Origin: Chlamydiota bacterium
GTDB lineage: Bacteria; Auribacterota; Tritonobacteria; UBA1439
Direction: 5' to 3'
DNA length: 14,184 nt
Assembly: GCA_037133055.1 (NCBI GenBank)
Contig: JBAXOY010000084.1
Location: 1-14,184, forward strand
This document shows positions 7,098-12,521 of this stretch, piece by piece. The notes under the pieces are model-generated. The model was given only the letters and a program-made list of their open reading frames with translations. It was not told where the DNA came from and did no database searches. A program made the translations under genes and the position numbers. Positions within the stretch are counted from its first letter, which is position 1. The number at the start of each line of letters is the position of its first letter.

Positions 7098-8042
7098 ATG
7101 AGCGCGCGACCGACCGGTCTTGTCTACAGCGACGCGTACCTCGCCCACGACCCCGGGCCCGACAATCCGGAAACCGCCGAACGGCTGCGCGCGATCCTCC
7201 GCGCCCTCGCCCGCGCGGGGCTCACGGAGAGGCTCGTGCGCATCGAGCCCTCCCCCGCTTCGATCGAGCGGGTCGGACGGATCCACGACGCGGGCCATAT
7301 CGCGCGCGTGCGCGAGGCGAGCGCGAGGGCGCCGGTGGCCCTCGACGGGGACACCACGGCGGGGCGGCGGACGTACGAGGCCGCGCTCCTCGCCGCGGGC
7401 GGCGTCATGGACGCGGTCGACGCCGTCATGGCCGGGAGGGTCGAGAACGCATTCTGCGCGGTGCGCCCCCCGGGGCACCACGCGACCCGCTCCCGGGCGA
7501 TGGGATTCTGCTTTTTCAACAACGTCGCCATCGCCGCCCGTCACGCGCAGGAGGGGCACGGCCTTTCCCGGGTGCTCATCGTCGACTGGGACGCGCACCA
7601 CGGCAATGGAACGCAGGAGGCGTTTTTTTTCGATCCGACCGTTCTCTACTGCAGCACGCACCAGTTCCCGGGATACCCGGGGAGCGGCAGGAGCGAGGAG
7701 CGGGGCGGCGACGCGGGGCTCGGGTACACCCTCAATATCCCAATGCCCACGGGGAGCGGCGACGAGGCGTACCTCGCGGCGTTCCGCACAATCATCCGCC
7801 CCGCTGCGGACGCCTTCAGGCCGGAGTTCGTGCTCGTCTCCGCGGGGTTCGATCCCCACGCCGACGATCCCCTCACCGAGCTCGGCATGACGGCGGGCGG
7901 GTTCGCCCTGCTCACCGCGGAGGTGAGGGGGATCGCGGAGCGGCACTGCGGGGGCAGGCTCGTCTCCGCGCTGGAAGGAGGGTATCAACTCGAGGCGCTC
8001 GGGCAATCCGTCGCGAAACACGTTGAGGCGCTGATGGCGTGA
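7098..8042 (+). CDS. Histone deacetylase family protein (Zn-dependent deacetylase, class II-like)
   Basis: RPPGHHA, GFCFFNNVAIAA, VDWDAHHGNGTQ, STHQFPGYPGSG, VSAGFDPHADDPL and LEGGY are all intact. Confidence 0.96.
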   Translation: MSARPTGLVYSDAYLAHDPGPDNPETAERLRAILRALARAGLTERLVRIEPSPASIERVGRIHDAGHIARVREASARAPVALDGDTTAGRRTYEAALLAAGGVMDAVDAVMAGRVENAFCAVRPPGHHATRSRAMGFCFFNNVAIAARHAQEGHGLSRVLIVDWDAHHGNGTQEAFFFDPTVLYCSTHQFPGYPGSGRSEERGGDAGLGYTLNIPMPTGSGDEAYLAAFRTIIRPAADAFRPEFVLVSAGFDPHADDPLTELGMTAGGFALLTAEVRGIAERHCGGRLVSALEGGYQLEALGQSVAKHVEALMA

Positions 8043-8068
8043 CGCCGCCACGGCACAGGAGCAATCAT

Positions 8069-8308
8069 ATGACGACCATGCACTACCTGCGGCGCGCCGC
8101 CGCGCTGGCGGTCATTGCGGCCGCCCTCACCGGCTGCGAGCGGAGGACCATCCGCAAGGAGGAGCGGCCCTTCATGAACTTCGCCGAGCAGAACTGGCGC
8201 ACGCTCACCCCCAAACAGAAGGCGGACTACTACGAGATGGTCGAGAAACAGAAGGACCGCGCGCGTAAGGAGCGTGACAAGGGGGCCGCGCGGCAGGAGA
8301 TCAAGTGA
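8069..8308 (+). CDS. Small hypothetical lipoprotein
   Basis: The ATG at 8069 follows SD AGGAG (8057-8061). 79 aa, lipobox LTGC, charged helical mature region. Confidence 0.75.
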   Translation: MTTMHYLRRAAALAVIAAALTGCERRTIRKEERPFMNFAEQNWRTLTPKQKADYYEMVEKQKDRARKERDKGAARQEIK

Positions 8309-8387
8309 CGCGGGGATGCCGCGGGGGCCTAGGATCCTTCTCGCGGTGGCTGACCCGTCATCGGTACTTCACGGTTGCGGAGGTCTC

Positions 8388-8466
8388 TCACCCTTTCCCC
8401 CCTTCCCCCTTGAGGGGGAGGGCCGAGCCGCCTGCCGAAACCGCGGCGCAGGCAGGGGTGGGGGGT
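8388..8466. repeat. Nested REP-like palindromes upstream of the tRNA
   Basis: CCTTCCCCC-TTGA-GGGGGAGGG hairpin (8401-8422). Inner CCTGCC...GGCAGG inverted repeat (8431-8456). The GGGGTGGGGGGT tail is partly complementary to TCACCCTTTCCCC. Confidence 0.6.
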
Positions 8467-8509
8467 AAAAGCACCCGGCGCACTTGAGGCATTATCCGGC
8501 GGATAGATC

Positions 8510-8538
8510 TTTATCGGGTGGCGGACCCGGCGTATACT
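8510..8538 (+). promoter_or_regulatory. Putative tRNA promoter
   Basis: TTTATC-N17-TATACT ends 11 nt before the tRNA 5' end. Confidence 0.5.
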
Positions 8539-8549
8539 TGTGCGGTCGT

Positions 8550-8625
8550 CGGGGCGTAGCGCAGCTGGTAGCGCGTCTGGTTTGGGACCAGAAGGTCCCG
8601 GGTTCGAATCCCGGCGCCCCGACCA
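8550..8625 (+). tRNA. tRNA-Pro (anticodon TGG)
   Basis: Full cloverleaf: acceptor CGGGGCG/CGCCCCG, D-arm GCGC-AGCTGGTA-GCGC, anticodon arm TCTGG-TTTGGGA-CCAGA, T-arm CCGGG-TTCGAAT-CCCGG and an encoded ACCA end; 76 nt. Confidence 0.98.
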
Positions 8626-8697
8626 TCACTACGGGTACTGGTTTCTGGCAACAACAGAGGGAAGGAGTGGCGCACCACAGCTACGGGTACTGGTTTC
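8622..8697 (+). repeat. Direct repeat beginning at the tRNA 3' end (period 52 nt)
   Basis: ACCA-nnn-CTACGGGTACTGGTTTC at 8622-8645 and 8674-8697; 17-nt perfect core. Confidence 0.85.
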
Positions 8698-8746
8698 CCG
8701 TTGCGTGCGGCTCGTTGGCCGTGCGCAGTGATTCGGCACCGGGAGG

Positions 8747-8775
8747 TTGCATTTCCTCCCCTGCGCTCCTATAAT
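8747..8775 (+). promoter_or_regulatory. Putative sigma70 promoter for the lipoprotein / LigD-PE / exonuclease genes
   Basis: TTGCAT-N17-TATAAT. Confidence 0.7.
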
Positions 8776-8804
8776 TTCCCGACGACAAAAGAGAGGTGAC
8801 CGAG

Positions 8805-9266
8805 ATGAAAAGAGCGCTCCATTCCCTCCCCGCGGCATGCATGATCGTTCTCCTCGCCTCGTGCGCGGGGCCGCGCCCGGTGAAGCCGAAGGCGGCAGAG
8901 GCGCCCGCCGCGGCCAGGACACCCGTCGCCGCAGCCGCAACGATCGAGGGGTCGTGGCAGGAGATCCGGAACGAGAACCAGGCCGTGACGGGGAAGACCT
9001 GGACCTTCGCGGAGAACAGGGTCATCATCCGCGACCCTGAAACCACCTACACGGGAACCTACACCCTGGACAAATCCCGCGACCCGAAGGAGATCGACCT
9101 CGCCTTCGAGGGATACCCGGTCAACCAGGGCATCTACCTCCTGACCGGCGACATTCTCACGCTCAAGGTCCGCGCCAGCGCCGCGGAGCGGGCAAAGGGC
9201 TTCGGCATCGAGAAGGGCTACACCCTGATCCTGTGCGACCGGGCGAAGGAAAAGCCCGCGAAGTAG
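8805..9266 (+). CDS. TIGR03067-like domain lipoprotein
   Basis: The ATG at 8805 follows SD GAGGTG. Lipobox LASC, Ala/Pro linker, then IEGSWQ...WTF...YTLDKSRDPKEIDL...GIYLLTGDILTL...R..GF, the pattern of the Planctomycetes TIGR03067 domain. Confidence 0.8.
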   Translation: MKRALHSLPAACMIVLLASCAGPRPVKPKAAEAPAAARTPVAAAATIEGSWQEIRNENQAVTGKTWTFAENRVIIRDPETTYTGTYTLDKSRDPKEIDLAFEGYPVNQGIYLLTGDILTLKVRASAAERAKGFGIEKGYTLILCDRAKEKPAK

Positions 9267-9292
9267 CCATCACCCGGAGGGATGCCGCCCCC

Positions 9293-9838
9293 ATGCCGGA
9301 GCCCTCGGACGCCCGTCTGGAGCACCCGATTTATGTCATCCAGAAGCACGCCGCCCGCACGCTCCACTACGATTTCAGGCTGGAGTCGGGCGGCGTGCTC
9401 AAGTCGTGGGCGGTGCCGAAGGGGCCCTCGACCGACCCGGGGCAGAAGCGCCTCGCCGTCCCGACGGAAGACCACCCGATGGACTACGCCTCCTTCGAGG
9501 GCGTGATCCCCGAGGGGCAATACGGCGCGGGGACGGTGCTGGTCTGGGACCTGGGAACCTTCCGCACACTGGGCGAGAAGGACGGGAAGCCGGTATCCCT
9601 CGAGGATGCGCTCGGCCGCGGCCGCGCGAACGTATGGATCGAGGGGCGGAAAATCAGGGGCGGCTACTCCCTCGTCCGCACCGGCGGCGCCCCGCCCGCC
9701 GCGCGCCCCGCCCGGCGGGGCTGGCTCCTGATCAAGATGAACGACGCTGAGGCTGACCCGGGGCGGGATCCCGTGAAAAGCGAACCGGCATCCGTCCTGA
9801 GCGGATTGACAATCGAACAGATCGCCGCAGGGCGATAG
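9293..9838 (+). CDS. Stand-alone LigD 3'-phosphoesterase (PE) domain protein
   Basis: YVIQKHAARTLHYDFRLE.GGVLKSWAVPKGPS...KRLAVPTEDHPMDYASFEGVIPEGQYGAGTVLVWD...WLLIK...SVLSG; metal ligands and catalytic residues are present. No ligase or polymerase domain. Start chosen at ATG 9293 (uncertain). Confidence 0.93.
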   Translation: MPEPSDARLEHPIYVIQKHAARTLHYDFRLESGGVLKSWAVPKGPSTDPGQKRLAVPTEDHPMDYASFEGVIPEGQYGAGTVLVWDLGTFRTLGEKDGKPVSLEDALGRGRANVWIEGRKIRGGYSLVRTGGAPPAARPARRGWLLIKMNDAEADPGRDPVKSEPASVLSGLTIEQIAAGR

Positions 9839-9852
9839 CAGGATGTTCCGAC

Positions 9853-10332
9853 ATGTCTTCTGTGTATCTCGACATCGAGACGACGAGCCTGGAGCCGAGG
9901 GACGGGGAGCTCACCGTCGTCGGGCTGTACATCGAAGATGAGGACCTCATGGTCCAGCTCTACGACAACGACCTCCACCCGGGGAACCTGCTCCAGCACT
10001 TCACGCGGTCGCACACGATCTACACCTACAACGGGGAGCGTTTCGACCTGCCCTACATACATGCCAAGCTCGGCGTGAACCTCCCCCGTCTCTGCCGCCA
10101 CGTGGACCTGATGCATGCATGCCACGCGAGAAACCTGCGCGGGGGGATGAAGAAGGTGGAGAAGCTCCTGGGAATCCCCCGGAAACTCGCGGAGGTGAAC
10201 GGGCTCGTCGCCATCGAGCTCTGGAGGCACTACCGGGACCACGGGTGCAGGGAATCGCTCGAGACGCTGCTCGAGTACAACAGGGAAGACGTCATGAATC
10301 TCCGGGCGATGCGCCTCGCGCTCGGGGTGTAA
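9853..10332 (+). CDS. Ribonuclease H-like DEDDy 3'-5' exonuclease (YprB/RNase_H_2 family)
   Basis: ExoI YLDIETT, ExoII TYNGERFDLPYI, HVDL...GGMKKVEKLLGI, ExoIII LLEYNREDV. Confidence 0.9.
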   Translation: MSSVYLDIETTSLEPRDGELTVVGLYIEDEDLMVQLYDNDLHPGNLLQHFTRSHTIYTYNGERFDLPYIHAKLGVNLPRLCRHVDLMHACHARNLRGGMKKVEKLLGIPRKLAEVNGLVAIELWRHYRDHGCRESLETLLEYNREDVMNLRAMRLALGV

Positions 10333-10349
10333 GGGAGGGCTGATATTCG

Positions 10350-10374
10350 GACCCCGCACTCGGAGTGCGGGGTC
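10350..10374. terminator. Perfect 11-bp hairpin between convergent genes (terminator or REP-like)
   Basis: GACCCCGCACT-CGG-AGTGCGGGGTC. There is no clear U-tract on either side. Confidence 0.5.
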
Positions 10375-10389
10375 TGTGCCCGGATGCGT

Positions 10390-10415
10390 GCAGGGCGGAC
10401 TCAAGTCTGCCCTGC
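10390..10415. repeat. REP-like hairpin containing the nrnA stop codon in its loop
   Basis: GCAGGGCGGAC-TCAA-GTCTGCCCTGC (10/11 Watson-Crick pairs plus one G-T). Confidence 0.55.
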
Positions 10416-11438
10416 GACTCGGGGTGAGACCTCGCCGCGGACCGCGGACCGCATCTCCTCAACCATACTCCGCGCCGCATCGCCAAACCCCATCCCCTTG
10501 ACGAGCGCGCCGGCGGCCGTCCTGTGGCCGCCGCCCCCGAGCCTCCTCGCGGCGGCGCCCACGTCCACACCGGCCTTTGAGCGCAGCCAGACCTCGATGC
10601 CCGATCTCCCCTCGTGGAGCATCGCGACCGCCTGAACCCGCTTCATGCTCAGGAGCTGATGCAGCGTTTCAGAGGCGAGGTCCCGCTGGGAGTAGGTGAG
10701 GAACCTGCTCTCGGGGATCGAGAACCATGCGATCGAGCCGCCGTCCTCGTACGCGACCCTCCTGATCAGCGCCGCCATGTCGTCGAGCCAGGTGTCCGGC
10801 CTCATGTAGTAGATCTTCTCCTGGAGCGCCTCGATGTCGATCCCGCCCTTCACGAGCGCCGAGACGATGCGGATCATGTTCCCCGACGGGTCGATATACT
10901 TGAACCCGAGCGAGTCGGTGGAGATCCCCACGTAGAGGCCCTCCGCGATCGCCCCTTCGATGGGCACGCCGAGGGCGCTCACCACCTCGTAGACCAGCTC
11001 CGCGGCCCCCCCGGCGGCGAACCTGACATAGTTGATCTCTCCGAAAAAGGCATTGTCGCGGTGGTGATCGATGTTGATCTTGAACGCCCGGCTCCTCTTC
11101 ACCGCGTCCGCCATGTCGCCGAGACGGAAATAATCGCAGGAGTCGAGAACCACGATCACCTCCGCCTCGCCCACGACCCTCTCGTCCTCCCCGGGACGGT
11201 AGCGCGACAGGGCCCCGTCGCGGTTGAGGAACTCGAGCGCGGGCGGCACCCCGTCGAAGCGGAGCGAGATGACCTGCTTCCCGAGCTTCCGGAGCGCGAG
11301 CGTGAAGGCGACCTGGGAGCCGATGGCGTCGCCGTCCGGCTCCTCGTGGGAGAAGACGGCGAAACGCCGGTGCGCCTCGACCGCCTCCCGAATCCCGCGG
11401 AGGAGCGACACCTTCAGCGCGCCCTGTGCCTGTTTCAT
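10401..11438 (-). CDS. nrnA: DHH/DHHA1 phosphoesterase, NrnA-like (oligoribonuclease/pAp phosphatase)
   Basis: SHEEPDGDAIGS, VLDSCD, NIDHH, GISTDS, LRSK...GGGGHRTAAG. Start uncertain: the track start at 11477 lies inside a repeat, so ATG 11438 was chosen. Confidence 0.88.
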   Translation of the reverse strand: MKQAQGALKVSLLRGIREAVEAHRRFAVFSHEEPDGDAIGSQVAFTLALRKLGKQVISLRFDGVPPALEFLNRDGALSRYRPGEDERVVGEAEVIVVLDSCDYFRLGDMADAVKRSRAFKINIDHHRDNAFFGEINYVRFAAGGAAELVYEVVSALGVPIEGAIAEGLYVGISTDSLGFKYIDPSGNMIRIVSALVKGGIDIEALQEKIYYMRPDTWLDDMAALIRRVAYEDGGSIAWFSIPESRFLTYSQRDLASETLHQLLSMKRVQAVAMLHEGRSGIEVWLRSKAGVDVGAAARRLGGGGHRTAAGALVKGMGFGDAARSMVEEMRSAVRGEVSPRVAGQT

Positions 11439-11453
11439 CGGCGGACTCTGTTC

Positions 11454-11534
11454 ACACGTGCACGCCCGCACGCCCATGTGCGCAGAAGCGTCATCTGTTA
11501 CGCCCCTATGCCCTTACGCCCGCACGCCCATACG
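11454..11534. repeat. Intergenic element copy 2
   Basis: Core ATGTGCGCAGAAGCGTCATCTGTTACGCCCC starts at 11476, within ACGCCCGC/ACGCCCAT/ACGCCCCT/ATGCCCTT units. Confidence 0.85.
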
Positions 11535-11535
11535 A

Positions 11536-12186
11536 TCATTCCCTGGGGTATCCCACCGGCTGCGACAGGATGACCCTCTGGTCGGGGCGGAGCTTCATCG
11601 TCTTCTCGAGTTTCGGCTTGTCCACCCACCCGAGCACCACGGTGGCGAGCCCCTCGGAGGCGCAGAACAGATAGACGTTCTGGCTGACGAAGCCGGTGTC
11701 GGTCGCAGCGAAAAACGACTGCATCTCGGGCGGCGCGTCCGACATCTTCGCGTGGTCGGCGACGTAGACAAGGTCGACCGGGGCCGACTTCACGAACGGC
11801 TGCCCGCCGGTCGAGGCGCGGATGTCGCCTGCGAACACCGGGTCGAGGCGGTGGGCCTTCGCGTTATATATATAGAGCCCGTCCGCGGTGGCGACGTAAA
11901 CGTCGATCTCCTGCCAGTCCTTCGCCGTGGGGGCGGTGCGCTTTCCCGAGTCGGGGCGGTTGACGCCGCAGGCCGCCCAGAGCAGGTTCGAGAGCACCTG
12001 GGGGGAGAGCTTCTTCTCCTGGAACGACCGGGTGGATTTCCTGAGCGCGAGCGCCTGCATCAGCGGCTTCCCCCCGCCCTTTTGCGGCGCGGGGAGCGAG
12101 ATCGGCTCGATCTTCTCGGCCGCCGAAGCTACACCGGTCATTACGATACACACCGCTGCCATACTCGCCATCAGCATCCTCTGCAT
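11536..12186 (-). CDS. Nitroreductase family protein (SagB/ThcOx-like) with predicted signal peptide
   Basis: LMQALALRKSTRSF, LSNLLWAACGVNR...KRTAPTA, DTGFVSQNVYLFCASEGLATV, QPVGYP. N-terminal Sec-type signal ending ASA-A. SD GGAGGAGG. Confidence 0.92.
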   Translation of the reverse strand: MQRMLMASMAAVCIVMTGVASAAEKIEPISLPAPQKGGGKPLMQALALRKSTRSFQEKKLSPQVLSNLLWAACGVNRPDSGKRTAPTAKDWQEIDVYVATADGLYIYNAKAHRLDPVFAGDIRASTGGQPFVKSAPVDLVYVADHAKMSDAPPEMQSFFAATDTGFVSQNVYLFCASEGLATVVLGWVDKPKLEKTMKLRPDQRVILSQPVGYPRE

Positions 12187-12233
12187 CGCCTCCTCCTTTC
12201 ATCCCGCGCCACGCCGGGACGGCACGCGGGGAT

Positions 12234-12263
12234 ATTCTACCCCTGCGCCCGCGATCTTGTCCA
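12234..12263 (-). promoter_or_regulatory. Putative sigma70 promoter for the nitroreductase
   Basis: Minus strand TGGACA-N18-TAGAAT. Confidence 0.5.
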
Positions 12264-12311
12264 GTGCTGGCGGAGCCGCGCAAAGCCACGGCTGCGAGGC
12301 TCCATTTCCCG

Positions 12312-12364
12312 CCGGACGAATCGGACGCGTCAGACAGGTCAGACATGTCAGACAGTCCGACGCG
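12312..12364. repeat. Nonamer tandem tract (TCRGACNNN)
   Basis: CCGGACGAA-TCGGACGCG-TCAGACAGG-TCAGACATG-TCAGACAG-TCCGACGCG. Confidence 0.8.
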
Positions 12365-12452
12365 CCCACACGCCCCTACGCCCATGCGCGCAGAAGCTTC
12401 ATCTATAACGCCCCCAAATCATTACGCCCTAACGCCCGACACGCCCTCACGC
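12362..12452. repeat. Intergenic element copy 3
   Basis: Core ATGCGCGCAGAAGCTTCATCTATAACGCCCC starts at 12384, within ACGCCCCT/ACGCCCAT/ACGCCCTA/ACGCCCTC units. Confidence 0.85.
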
Positions 12453-12521
12453 TACCTTTCCCCTCCCTCCCCGGTTTTGCTAGCATGGTGCCCGCGTACT
12501 GCGCGCCTGCGAGGAGAGCAC

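Noticed and set aside
8629..8697. Mini-CRISPR interpretation of the 17-nt repeat with its 35-nt spacer
   Set aside because: Only two copies, the repeat is too short and non-palindromic, there is no convincing third unit, and no cas genes are present.
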